64,000 nucleotides of DNA from NCBI RefSeq assembly GCF_009914755.1, contig NC_060926.1. One strand, written 5' to 3'. Source of the DNA: the human T2T-CHM13v2.0 reference genome, Homo sapiens. A model generated the notes under the pieces. That model did not search any database and was not told the DNA's origin. It saw only the letters and a list, made by a program, of their open reading frames with translations. This document shows positions 1-18,643 of the stretch, piece after piece (the stretch's first letter is position 1; each line of letters opens with the position of its first letter). A program made the position numbers and the translations under genes.

Positions 1-407
1 CCAAAAACAACAAAACACAAGTCGCAGTCATTGCAAATTGGATCTCTGTTGGGAGATTTCAAAATTTATACAGGCTTGCACTGAGCCCAGAGATTTACCT
101 CAGGTGAAAGATTAGGGTCTATTTAAGTCTTTTCTGAGTGTATTGCACTTAGCATGCACATGGCTTTATAAATTTACCAAGCTTTTCTTCTTGGGGTTTA
201 GACAGTCTATTGTATGTCTGCATTGTAATTTTTTGTTCCACACACCTGTAACTTTTTATTTCACTTTATAACATTTTGAAACACTGCTCATCACTTTTCT
301 GGTCTGAGTTTTAAGTTCCACAAAACAAAGGCAAGTGTCTTCACTGAAGTGGCTCTAAATAAGTCAGAACAGACATACACAATAATTTGTGCATAAAACA
401 TACTCTA

Positions 408-734
408 GGGCCCAGTGTGGTGGCTCATACCTATAATCACAGTGCTTTGGCAGGCCAAGGTGGTAAGATTGCTTGAGGCTAGGAGTTTGAGATCAGCCTG
501 GGAAACATAGTGAGACCTCATCTCTACAAAAATAAAAATAAAAAATAAAAAATAACCCAGGCATGGTGGTGCATGCCTGTAGTCCTAGATAAGAGACTGA
601 GGTGGGAGGATGGCTTGAGACCAGGAGTTCAAGGCCACAGTGAGCTATGATTGTGCCACTGTACTGCCCACTACAGTCCAGCCTGGGCAAAAGAGCAAGA
701 CCCTGTCCTTAAAAAAGTAAAAAACTTAAAAATA
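408..734 (+). mobile_element. AluJ-like SINE; its A-tail is the target site of the following L1
   Basis: Diverged Alu dimer: gggcccagtgtggtggctcatacctataatc ... gcctgggcaaaagagcaagaccctgtc, then an A-rich tail. Confidence 0.9.
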
Positions 735-997
735 GAGCCAAGATGGCCAAATAGGAACAGCTCCAGTCTACAGCTCCCAGCGTGAGCGACGCATAAGACT
801 GGTGATTTCTGCATTTCCAACTGAGGTACCGGGTTCATCTCAGTGGGGGGTGTCAGACAGAGGGTGCAGGACAGTGGGTGCAGTACACCGAGCATGACCC
901 GAAGCAGGGCAAGGCATCGCCTCACCCAGGAAGTGCAAGGGGTCAGGGAATTCCCTTTCCCAGTCAAAGAAAGGGGTGACAGACGGCACCTGGAAAA

Positions 998-1180
998 TCA
1001 GGTCACTCCCACCCTAATACTGCGATTTTCCAAGGGTCTTAGCAAACGGCACACCAGGAGATTATATCCTGCTCCTAGCTCGGAAGGTCCTATGCCCCTG
1101 GAGCCTTGCTCATTGCTAGCACAGCAGTCTGAGATCAAACTGCAAGGCAGCGGGGAGGCTGGGGGAGGGGCGCCCACCAT
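998..1180 (-). pseudogene. L1 ORF0 homologue, truncated at 60 aa
   Basis: MVGAPPPASPLPCSLISDCCASNEQGSRGIGPSELGAGYNLLVCRLLRPLENRSIRVGVT* matches primate ORF0 (MAGAPPPASLPPCSLISDCCASN...), with a TGA where ORF0 continues with Arg. Confidence 0.8.
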
Positions 1181-1754
1181 TGCCAAGGCTTGAGTAGATA
1201 GACAAAGCAGCCAGGAAGCTCGAACTGGGTGGAGCCCACCACAGCTCAAGGAGGCCTGCCTGCCTCTGTAGACTCCACCTCTGGGGGCAGGGCATAGCAA
1301 AACAAAAGGCAGCAGAAATCTCTGCAGACTTAAATGTCCCTGTCTGACCACTTTGAAGAGAGTAGTGGTTCTCCCAGCACGCAGCTGGAGATCTGAGAAT
1401 GGACAGACTGCCTCTTCAGGTGGGTCCCTGACCCCGAGTAGCCTAACTGGGAGGCACCCCCCAGTAGGGGCAGACTGACACCTCACATGGCCTGGTACTC
1501 CTCTGAGACAAAACTTCCAGAGGAACCATCAGGCAGCAGCATTTGCTGTTCACCAATATTCACTGTTCTGCAGCCTCCTCTACTGATACCCAGGTAAACA
1601 GGGACTGAAGTGGACCTCCAGCAAACTCCAACAGACCTGCAGCTGAGGGTCCTGACTGTTAGAAGGAAAACTAACAAACAGAAAGGACATCCACACCAAA
1701 ACCCCATCTGTACATCACCATCATCAAAGACCAAAGGTAGATAAAACCACAAAG

Positions 1755-2765
1755 ATGCGGAAAAAACAGAGTAGAAAAACTAGAAAGTCTAAAAATCAGA
1801 GCGCCTTTCCTCCTCCAAAGCAACGCAGCTCCTCACCAGCAATGGAACAATGCTGCATGGAGAACGACCTTGACGAGTTGAGAGAAGAAGGCTTCAGACG
1901 ATCAAACTACACCAAGCTAAAGGAGGAAGTTTCAACCCATGGCAAAGAAGTTAAAAACCTTGAAAAAAAATAGACGAATGGCTAACTAGAATAACCAATG
2001 CAGAGAAGTCCTTAAAGGACCTGATGGAGCTGAAAACCATGGCACAAGAACTACGTGACAAATGCACAAGCCTCAGTAGCCGATTCAATCAACTGGAAGA
2101 AAGGGTATCAGTGATGGAAGATGAAATGAATGAAATGAAGTGAGAAGTTTAGAGAAAAAAGAATGAAAGGAAATGAACAAAGCCTCCAAGAAATATGGGA
2201 CTATGTGGAAAGACCAAATCTACATCTGATTGGTGTACTTGAAAGTGACAGGGAGAATGGACCCAAGTCGGAAAACACTCTGCAGGATATTATCCAGGAG
2301 AACTTCCCCAATCTAGCAAGGCAGGCCAGCATTCAAATTCAGGAAATACAGAGAACGCCACAAAGATACTCCTGGAGAGGAGCAACTCCAAGACACATAA
2401 TTGTCAGATTCACTGAAGTTCAAATGAAGGACAAAATGTTAAGGGCAGCCAGAGAGAAAGGTCAGGTTACCCACAAAGGGAAGCCCATCAGACTAGTTGC
2501 GGATCTCTTGGCAGAAACTCTACAAGCCAGAAGAGAGTGGGGGCCAATATTCAACATTCTTACAGAAAAGAATTTTCAACCAAGAATTTCATATCCAGCA
2601 AAACGAAGCTTCATAAGTGAAGGAGAAATAAAATCCTTTACAGACAAGCAAATGCTGAAAGATTTTGTCACCACCAGGCCTGCCCTACAAGAGCTCCTGA
2701 AGGAAGCACTAAACATGGAAAGGAACAACCAGTACCAGCCACTGCAAAAACATGCCAAATTGTAA
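1755..2765 (+). pseudogene. L1 ORF1p remnant (frameshift and stops)
   Basis: MRKKQSRK... ends at 1973; the C-terminal 200 aa (RPNLHLIGV, ARREWGPIF, YQPLQKHAKL) lie in 2163-2765. Confidence 0.92.
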
Positions 2766-2828
2766 AGACCATCGATGCTAGGAAGAAACTGCATCAACTA
2801 AAGAACAAAATAACCAGCTAACATCATA

Positions 2829-6663
<3,835 letters not shown>

Positions 6664-7863
6664 ACAATGAGAACACGTGGACACAGGAAGGGGAACATCA
6701 CACACCGGGGCCTGCTGTGGGGTAGGGGGAGGGGGGAGGGATAGCATTAGGAGATATACCTAATGTTAAATGATGAGTTAATGGGTGCAGCACACCAAGA
6801 TGGCACATGTATACATATGTAACAAACCTGCACGTTGTGCACATGTACCCTAAAACTTAAAGTATAATAAAATATATATATATGTATACCAATAAAAAAA
6901 ACTTAAAAATATAGACATGTTCTGCTCCCTTTGGAACTAATAACAGGGTCCCACAATGAGAACATGGGATGCCGTCGTTCCCCCACAGAGGAAGGTGAGG
7001 GACAAGCGCAAGTAAAAATTGCACACAGCTTTTCAATATTTCTAAGTTGCCTTTATCTTGATTCAACATTCGTTTTTCTGCTGTAATCCTTTGACTCTTC
7101 CCCAGAGTTCTGACAAAATTGGTTCTGACAGTTTCTGCTTATTCTTCAATGTTTCTGTAGGACGACTTTGAAGCTGCATATTCTGCCACTTGCAACCATC
7201 ATTCCCAGAGACTGCTTTTCTTAAGTCAAGCAGCTATATCACAAATTATATGTCATAGATCAGCAATGTTCAATCTTATTTCCAATGATGGGTACCATGG
7301 TTCTTGATGGAACGTTTCTGAAAATTTGTTCTCCTTTTTTATGACTGTCTAAAAACACAAAATGTGTGGTCTGTTTCATCTGAATGCTTGTAGTTATAAC
7401 TGAAAACTACTATGTGATTTCAGTATCTCAATTTGTGTCTGTGTTAACACTTAGGTTAGTATCAAGTAAGCAACATTGCTGCCACAAGCAAAAGGTTATA
7501 CACAGGCCTTTATGCAATTTTATCAGGTGAAAGTCAAATCAGCTTACCAAACAGTATGAAAACAGTCTTACAATGGTTAAATAGATGAATATGGTAGAAA
7601 TACTGAAAAATCACACACCACATGTTAAAAGATATTACTATATTCATGTTGAGTACAGCAATTTAGCTTTGGTAAAACAACACTGATCTTATGAAGCTAA
7701 TTTTAATTTTACTTATATTGGTTGTAAATATTTATATTTAAGTTATAAATTTGTTTTTGATTTATAGATATATAAGAACTATATGTATAACATTTATACC
7801 TACTTTATACACATATAGGTAACACTACTAAGAAAAAAAAATAACCATTGGGAGAGAATTCTA

Positions 7864-8240
<377 letters not shown>

Positions 8241-8699
8241 CACTATCAATTAAATATAATAATACTTTTAGTAACACATCTGAGCTTCAAAAAAAAGGAA
8301 ATCTCTTGGTGCTAGAAAGGAACAGGAAACAAGCCAGAGGAGCTCTTAGGCTGATTTTGCTGAGATCTCAGGAGGACATAAGGCCAGAATTACATAACAG
8401 CTACATATTGGATTTTAGTACCAATACAGAAATAGGCCCTGGTTCTGCAGAAGCAATGGAGAAATAAACTAGACTCCAGCATATAGATGGGACCTCAAAA
8501 GGCTATACTTTTATTGAAAAGGGAGGAGATTAAAGCGACACGGAAGCTTGGTTTCCCCTGTGCACTTGGTGGTGGGAAAAAAACTAGTTTTTCATGAGAA
8601 ATCAAATTCCAAGTGTGGGTTTGCTGCCAGCATTTATAATACACATGTAGTATGTGAATGCCTAAGCCATAATATGAGCAGAATCTGGTCATGGATTAG

Positions 8700-9350
8700 T
8701 AAAACCCCTGAGACAACCAGGAAAAACAAATGCAAAATAGCTCAGTAGGTATATAACCTAGGAAACATGAGTTTCCACAGTAAAGGTGATTCCCGCAAAA
8801 ATGAGTTCATAATCAAAAATTTAAAACTGCCTAAAGAAATGATGCCTGAGGAGATAGAGTCTAAAGTTCAACAAGTAGAATCAAAAGCTAAACAAAAACC
8901 TGAGATGAAGGAACTTTTTGAAAGTTAGATAAAATATGTATGTTTAAGATGAAAAACAAGATAAAAGCAATTTAAATCATTACAAAATAATAGCATACTA
9001 TGAAACAAACACATATGAAAAAGAACCAAACAGCGCTTCTGGAAATATACTATCATTGAAATTTAAAAATTAATGAATGGCATAAACAGTAGATTGGACT
9101 AGAAAAAAATCTGAAGAATTATGAAGAATGTAAGTCAAAGATATAAAAAGATAAAAATCTCAACAGTAACAAGAAAGAAAAAACAGATTGGTTATAACCA
9201 AAAAATAAATAAGACTGACATCAACAACAAGAGGCTACAAAACAATGAAATATTATCTGTTATAGGCTGAAGGAAAATTAGGTTTAATTCATAAATCTAA
9301 CACTAGCTATAGGTGAACAGAGGTGAAATAAAAATATTTTCAGTTAGGGG
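8700..9350 (+). mobile_element. Ancient L1M ORF1-region remnant
   Basis: A-rich sequence with L1M ORF1-like words (aaaaagaaccaaacag...ttctggaaat, attgaaatttaaaaattaatgaatgg...aacagtagattgg). Confidence 0.5.
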
Positions 9351-9867
9351 ATCAAAGATCACTGAAATCTGAGAACACTGCTCTAGGTAACAACCAGAAG
9401 CCCACAGAGTATGCATAGTCATTGCAAGTCATAGATACACATCCTCTAGGTGCTAGAAAAGACCTCAAGTAGTGGCCATCTGATTCAATCCACTATATGA
9501 ATGATTACCACAACACTGCTATTAAGAGAATGTCTGGAACCTAACACAAACGTCTACAGAAAGATGAAGCTCACTAAATCAAGGAGACACTTTTGCCAAA
9601 AAGTTATTTTGCTTAGTCCTACTTTTTGGAGCTAAGATAACACTTTAGCTACTGAGGCAACAATTATATATCTTAACCCTTTAAGTTATCTCTTTTTTTC
9701 CCTAGGCTAAATAAATAAAATGTCTTTCACATATCTCCATAGGATTTAGTTCTTAGTTATTTCTAGAACACAACATTTTCTTTTAGAAGTACTCCAGCTC
9801 ATCATCATCTTTTTTAGACTATAAAATAAGCAAAATAATTGATCCTGGCCTGTTCTAACCAGCATAA

Positions 9868-10261
<394 letters not shown>

Positions 10262-10269
10262 CAGAAGTC

Positions 10270-10900
<631 letters not shown>

Positions 10901-11885
10901 AGATCAGTTTAGCTTTTTGGCAGACCTACAATCTTGTTGACTAAATCTGAACTTGCAGTCAATTCAAATTCCCAAGTCTTTTTTATAAGCACAGTTGATT
11001 TTAGTAACCTACTTAATATTCCCATTTCTTGTTTTGTAACACATTGATAAAATCAACAAAAAGCATGTTACAGATGCCAAATCACTAATTATATATTCAC
11101 ATATGAAACAGAACATATTATTCTTTATATTTTAGCTTTAATTCATGAGCTAAAAGGAGTTGAAGACCTCTGTTGTCTCCAATTTTACAAGTGAGTCAGT
11201 TTTTGAGATCTCTTGGTGTCCTTTCCCTGACATTAAGAGAATTCCAAGGCTCTGCACTGAGTATTCTACAAATAATTTTTCTAAAGTCCCATAACAACAG
11301 CACAATTGCTAAACAATGAATCAACTACACAATGCTTTCCAAAAACCCTTGAAAAATAACCATTGGCTGCTTCTCAAGTGTATGAATAGTTTATCTTATT
11401 GTCCAATTACTAGAGGTTCAAAAAACCAGTTTTATAAATACTTATCCACAACGGAAAAAAAAATTAGTTTCAAGGTTGAGTGCTTGACTCCAGTTAGCTA
11501 ATGTGACAAGAAGACAAAGAACCCTGCCAATTCCACATAACAGGGACAGAGGCCCTCTGTGCAGGGATCTTAATATGCTAAGAGAACAGCCTTTTAAGAA
11601 ACAGATGCACTCAGTGTCAATCAGCTAAACTTTAGAAATTAATGACCTTCACTAGCTTTGCTTAGTCATTTTTTGGTGCCAACTTCTTGAGTACCCAAGT
11701 TCAATTCAAGTCAGTTTGACAGATTCAAGGTACATCCCAAGAATACGATACACAACTCTACATAAATTTACCAGCTCACTGAAAGGGCTTGGCTCTGTTA
11801 ATACTTACCCTAATTCAAGATGTTTTGGTTAGCACAGGATCAATGGTCAGATAATTGCTAGATTACAATATAATTCTATGACATT

Positions 11886-11966
11886 TCTTTTATTATTAGT
11901 TTTTTGTTTTTGTTTTTGTTTTGGTAGAGACAAGGTTTCGCCATGTTGCCTAGGGTGGTCTCAAAC
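11886..11966 (-). mobile_element. Alu/FLAM fragment
   Basis: (TTTTTG)n followed by gtagagacaaggtttcgccatgttgcctagg. Confidence 0.75.
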
Positions 11967-12941
11967 TAACTTAAGACTGTGCCCACTGAGTTGGCTGAGT
12001 TAAGTTGATAGTAAGTACTCTTCTGTCAGTTATTGGGTAGAAATATTTATGCTAAATGATATTAACATTTTCTGTTTTTAAATATTTTTCATTTAAGAAA
12101 TAAAATCAATTGCTATAGCAACCCTGAGGGATCCTTAAGACTCAGGTATTCATTTACATTTTCAAGTCAGGAAAGATAATGAGCTTTACGGTTCTAAATT
12201 CAGCTAAATTAAAGAAGCCAAATATCCCAAATGATGCCTTTACGTCAGTCTCTCAAATACTTAGCTATGGAGATCTGAAAGCTTACAAATTGAATTCCTG
12301 ACTGTTAAAAGCAAAAGATGCTGAGCCTGGAGTCCTCCAAAAAAAAAAAAATACAGTGATTAAAGGCTGACTCATTGTGGCTGTGGCAAAAAAGTAGTAA
12401 ACTCTTCATAGATAAAACAAACAGAAAACACCTATATTTGAAAAGTACCCTGAACACTGTTAAAAATATACTGACAATGTGCTTTAAAATGTATGAAAGT
12501 CATTCCATCTGTGGTTTCTTTTTTTTTTTTTTGAGAGTGTACTCAATCACAAACAGATGCTACAGCTGTCTCACAGTGTCCAAAGTGTGATGATCGGACT
12601 TAGATCCAAGATTCTACTAGATTTAACCATGCAAGCATAAAAGCCAACTGAATAACACTGTTGACGGAACACTGCTTTTCCTCATTAATGAGGAAGAATA
12701 GGCAGCACAAAGTGAAATTTCTGACTATGCATTGACCTCATCACAAAGCGATTATGATCATGGTACACATAGTATATATAGTATATATGGAATAGTGCCA
12801 AATAGCAGTAATGGATTTATTTACATTATATCTTCATTATTAAAGTGCAGAGAAAAAGTGATTTCTAAGAAAGCTTGAAGGCTTATCTTCTTCAGGATTC
12901 TAGAGATGAATACACAAACTTTGACCAATACGGTAGTGACT

Positions 12942-14190
12942 TATCAGGCAGTTTAAATTAGGTTATGCTGCAGTAACAAAAATTCCCAAATCACTGTGAC
13001 TTACAACTACAAGGGTTTATTTCTTGCTAATGTTACACGTCAGCTGTCAGTCAAGCTGAAGATGCACCCCTCTTCTAGCACAGCAGCTTTCATGGCAGAG
13101 GGATGACAGCCATGGCAGAAAAATGTTTCTTAAGGATTCTGTTTTGAGGTGACATTCATCCCTTTTGTTTACATTTCATTAGACAAAGGAAGTCACACAG
13201 CCAAGCTAGATGTCACTGGGTGGGGAATTAGAATTCTCTCATCGAGAGAGCCAGCAAATAATTGGGGAAAATAATAATGCTCCTCAGAGGAGATAACCCT
13301 AACTCCTTTCCAATTATGGCAATAGACTCGCCAAGTCTCAGATCTTGTGATAACCCTTATTTAAAATCCAAATGTGGTGCGTTTTACTCTGGAGACTAAT
13401 AAACTAAAAAGACTAGTTAGTTGCCCCTCAAATATCTAACATATAACTGCAGAATGGGAATGATATAACTTGCACATATCTCCAAATTGGAAAGAGGACA
13501 AATGGGAAACACAGCAGCCACTTAACTATGTAAATTCTGAAATTTTGCTGGGCAGAAGATGCAGGGGCTGCTGCTTTGCCCTGGGACTGGGAAACATTCT
13601 TTAATTGGGTCCTGGTTCTTCTCTTTGGGAAAAGTTTCCCAGTTTACTGTTCTCTGAGGCTGCTGGTTCTGCCCCATAGGAGGTTATTCCTGTTCCTTGA
13701 TCTTCCTTGGGTCTATAAATAAGGGATTATAGAATATGCCTCCTCTCCACAAACACACACACTCACTACTACCATGTTGGTGGCTGAGAAGCTTTCTCAG
13801 GCTGCTTCCTAGTCACAGAAGATTAGAGGCACACAAGTCATTAACAATCGCAGACTCTTTTACAAAAAGCATCCTGCTTTTTGCAGGACCTTGACTGAAT
13901 CCCTGGTGTTTTGGTAACAATACCACATACTCGTTCGGTACATTGTCTGATTTCTAGTTACCTCAGGTGACAATATAATCAAAAGTTTTATCATAGGAAC
14001 CACCTTCTGTCCATCCCCAAAATCAATGTCATATCTATTAGTTATTTTTTAAAGTATTAATTACAATAGTATCCCATTCTGGTATCAATTTTTTTATCAG
14101 TCAGCTTATACTCAATTATAATAAAATAACATACAACTCATAAATCTCAGTGGTTTATAAAACAGTTTCAATTCTTGCTCAAATTACTGT
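12942..14190 (-). mobile_element. Old MaLR (MLT1-family) element: LTR, degraded internal region, part of a second LTR
   Basis: MLT1-like ggttatgctgcagtaacaaa...aaatcactgtgactta...aagggtttatttcttgct at 12960-13030. A similar block at 14095-14190 is preceded by cccattctggtatcaatttt, the MaLR polypurine-tract complement. Confidence 0.55.
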
Positions 14191-14210
14191 CAGATACTCT
14201 GGCTTTGTAG

Positions 14211-14483
<273 letters not shown>

Positions 14484-15214
14484 TAAGATGTCTTCCATAT
14501 TCTTGCCTCATTTTTCTACTGCTTATAATTAATAATTTGTAAGAGTCAGATGTTAACCTCTGTTATATAAAATAAATATTTTCCTATTCTGTTATTAGTT
14601 ATCCAGCATACTCTTTAATTTTAGATTATAGTATTTTGCACATACACAAAATTCAATTTTTAAGACAAATAGATTTTGTAACAGAGAAAAATGTATATGT
14701 TTAGTCTTTTAATTCTCCTGGTGTGTTGTACATTTTTATGGTATGATATATACCTCCCTTATTCAATTTTGAGTTTATATTTGCCTTAAGTTCTATTTTA
14801 TGTAATGTTTATATCGCAATATTTATTTCCTTTTCCTTCACATTCGCCTGTAGTATCTTGTCACACATTTATTTTATATATTTTTATCTTATTTTGAGTA
14901 GCATCTCTTATAAAACACACAGAGGTGAATTTTGTTTTAAAGAAATCCTGGGAGTTTCCATGCTTAAAATTTATTTTACTATTTTCATATTTAAAGTGAT
15001 TATTGACATGTTTGGACTCATTACTATCATCTTATTTCATATTTTCTATCTTACCACAGTTTCTTATCTTCTCTAATTCTAAACTGGTAAAATTTGCCTT
15101 TTATGGTTTTCCCTTCTGCTATTATATAGCTTTCTATTATGTATCCATAAATTATTACTCTGAAATTTTAAATTCATTTAAAAGATGTAATTCAGTTAGT
15201 GTCTACAGTTAATC

Positions 15215-17235
15215 AATATATTGTATTAATTTAGTCATTCATATTCTCGTACAAACATCACCAACATCCATCTCCATAACACTTTCCATTTTGCAAAACT
15301 GAAACTCTATACCCATTAAACAAGTCCCCATTACTCTCTAACCTCAACTCCTGGCAACCACCATTCTGCTTTCTGCAGGGTTGTTCTATCCAGTATTGAG
15401 AGGAAAAGTATTGAAGTTTCCCACTGTTATTGCAGAACTATGTATTTCTCCTATCAGTTCTGTTAATCTTTGTTTTATATATGTTGATGGTCTGTTAGCA
15501 GATGCATAAGCATTTATAACTGTAATCTCCTTGCAGTACTGAACATTTTATTAATATACATTGTTTTTGTTTCTTGCAACCTTTATTGATTTAAAATCTA
15601 TTTTGTCTAATATTAGCATAGTTGTCTCTGTTCTCTTTTGGTTACTGTTTGCATGGAATCTTTTTCCATGCTTCTACTTTGAACCTGTTTGTGTCTTTAG
15701 ATCTAAAGTGAATTTCTTATAGATAGCCCATAATTGGACCATTTTAAAAATCCATTCTGCCAAACTCTGTCCTTTGACTGGAGAGGTTAAACCACTTATA
15801 TTTAAAATAATTACTGGTAGAGGAGGGACTTTCTTTTGTCATTTGCTATTACTTCTCCAGAAGCCTTACGACCTTCTGTCCCCCCCTTATTTCCTGCATT
15901 ACTGTCTTTTTTTGTGATTAGTTAATTTTTTTGTAGTGAAATATTTAGATTCATTTCTAATTTCTTCTTTTGTGTATCGAGCTATTTTCTTTGTGGTTAT
16001 AATATAGGTTATGTTTAACATCCTAAAGTTATCACACTCTAATTTGAATTTATACCAGCTTAACTTAAGAAATAAACAAAAACTCTGTTCCTTTATAGCT
16101 CGATCTCCACCCCTTTCAGTTGCTACTGTCAACAAATTTACAAATTTATATAGTGTATGTCTGAAAAACTAGATGAATAATTATTTTTAATGTGTTAGTC
16201 TCATAAATTATGTAGAAAACAAAATGTGGAGTTACAAACCAAAGTTATAATAATATTAGCTTTTAGACTAACAATTGTGTTTTTAAAATGTTTTAGTATC
16301 TAAAATCATATCTAAAACAAAAAGCAGAGTTACAACTTCTCATTACAATAATAACAGCTTTCATAATGGCCCACGTATTTACTGTTGCTCAGATCTTTCT
16401 TTCTTAATGAGGCTTCAAGTTACAGTCTAGTGTCCTTTCATTTCACTCTGCATGACATTCATTAAGATTTCTTGCAGGAAAAATTTAGTGGTAATTAAGT
16501 CCCTCAGCTTTTGTTTATGTGGGGATGCCTTACTTTCTCCTTCACTTTTGAAGGACAATTTTTCCAGATATAGAATTCTTGGTTCACAGTTTGTTTTTTC
16601 TTTTAACACTTTGATATAACAGCCCACTGCCTTATGGCCTCCAACATTTCTGATGCGATATGTGCTCATAGTTTTATCAAGGATTCCTTGTATGTGACAA
16701 GTCACTTATCTCTTGCTACTTTCAAGGTTCTCTGTTTTTCAAAAGTTTTATTTTTAATGTGTCTTTAGTGTTGGTCTCTTTTAGTTCATCCAATTTTGAG
16801 TTTTTTGAGTTTCTTGCATGTTGATATTCATGTCTTCCAACAATCTTGGAAAGTTTTCAGCTATTATTTCTTCAGATATTCTACTTTCCCCTTTCTCTCT
16901 TTTCCTTCTGGGGTACAACAATGTGCATAATAGTCGGCTTGAAGGTGTCCCATAGGTCCCTGGGGTTGTGTTCGCTTTTCTTCAATCTTTTGGCTTTATG
17001 CTCTGCAAACTAAACTCTTCCCATTATCTTCCCTTCTAGTGTGCTCATTCTTTGGTCTGCCTACTCAAATCTGTCTTTGGATATCTTTAGTGAATTTTTC
17101 ACTTTATGTATTATACTTTTCAGTTCCAGAATTTTGTTTTGGTTTCTTTTTAAACCTCTTTACTAATATTTCCATTTTTTCCATACATCATTTCATTGAT
17201 TTTTTTTCCACATTTTTGTGTAGTTCTTTGAGAAT
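15215..17235 (-). mobile_element. Old L1M(A/B) fragments: 3'UTR piece adjoining the ORF2 5' end and ORF1
   Basis: L1MB-type 3'UTR (aactgaaactctatacccattaaac...cctggcaaccaccattct) at 15215-15377; ORF1-like peptide PRILYLEKLSFKSEGE in 16427-16705. Confidence 0.7.
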
Positions 17236-17236
17236 C

Positions 17237-18222
17237 TTTTTTATTATTATTATACTTTAAGTTCTGGGGTACATGTGCAGAATGTGCAGGTTTGTTACAT
17301 AGGTATACACGTGCCATAGTGGATTGCGGCATCCATCAACCCATCATCTACATTAGGTATTTTTCCTAATGCTATCCCTCCCCTAGCCACACACCCCTAA
17401 ACAGGCCCCAGTGTGTGATGTTCCCCTCCCTGTGTCCATGTGTTCTCATTGTTCACCTCCCACTTATGAGTGAGAACACGTGGTGTTTGGTTTTCTATTC
17501 TTGTGTTAGTTTGCTGAGAATGATGGCTTTTACCTTCATCCATGTCCCTGCAAAGGACATGAGCTCATCCTTTTTTATGGCTGCATAGTATTCCATGGTG
17601 TATATGTGCCACATTTTCTTAATCAATCTATCATTGATGGACATTTGGGTTGGTTCCATGCCTTTCCTATTGTGAACACTGCCACAGTAAACATACGTGT
17701 GCATGTGTCTTTATAGTAGAATGATTTATAATCCTTTGGGTATATACTCAGTAATGGGATGGCTGGGTCAAATGGTATTTCTAGTTCTAGATCCTTGAGG
17801 AATCACCACACTGTCTTCCACAATGGTTGAACTAATTTACACTCCCGCCAACAACGTAAAAGTGTTCCTATTTCTCCACATCCTCTCCAGCATCTGTTAT
17901 TTCCTGACTTTTTAATGACCGCCATTCTAACTGGCCTGAGATGGTATCTCATTGTGGTTTTGATTTGCATTTCTCTAATGGCCATTGATGATGAGCTTTT
18001 TTTCATATGTTTGTTGGCTGCATAAATGTCTTCTTTTGAGAAGTGTCTGTTCATATCCTTTGCCCACTTTTTGATGCAGTTGTTTATTTTTTTCTTGTAA
18101 ATTTGTTTAAGTTCTTTGTAGATTCTGGATATTAGCCCTTTGTCAGATGGATAGATTGCAAAAACTTTCTCCCATTCTCTAGGTTGCCTGTTCACTGTGA
18201 TGATAGTTTCTTTTGCTGTGCT
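17237..18222 (-). mobile_element. 5'-truncated L1PA7/8-like 3' fragment (~1 kb)
   Basis: 3'UTR (tatactttaagttctggggtacatgtgcagaatgtgcagg) and ORF2 C-terminal peptide [10 protein letters not shown]...CWRGCGE. Confidence 0.9.
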
Positions 18223-18643
18223 GAAATGTCTTTACATATACTAAATTCCCAAATAGCCTTAAGTCTATTTCTAGATTATCTATTCTATTACGTGGAACTA
18301 TACATTCTTTATATTATTCTGAAGGCCAAAATTTTGCATGATACTAACCTTCCAAATTAGGTGAGAAGAGTATGTTCTCTTTATCTTTTTAAAATTATTT
18401 TATTGATCATTCCTTTTTGTCACATTCTAATTTTCAGATAAATTTCACCTACTTTTAATAAATTCCAAAGCAAATTTCAGAAGAATTTTTATTGGGCTGC
18501 ATTGTACTAATGACTAATTGACATTTTACAAATATCTTGTCACATATGAAAAGATTATTTGATGACACTGTGTAGTTTCAGAAATTTCCCAATATAGCAT
18601 TCACATACTTTATTCATAAATGTTCTAATATTTTTGTTGCTAC

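Noticed and set aside
6716-6742. G-quadruplex-like tract (also 58216-58241)
   Set aside because: A standard feature of L1 3'UTRs and not specific to this locus.
12573-12661. Box C/D snoRNA-like pattern (GTGATGA 12587, CTGA 12648, ACAGTGT/ACACTGT stem)
   Set aside because: It is antisense to the host transcript, the stem is offset 7 nt from box C, and I recognise no rRNA guide sequence. Such motifs are expected by chance in 64 kb; an Rfam or snoscan search would settle it.
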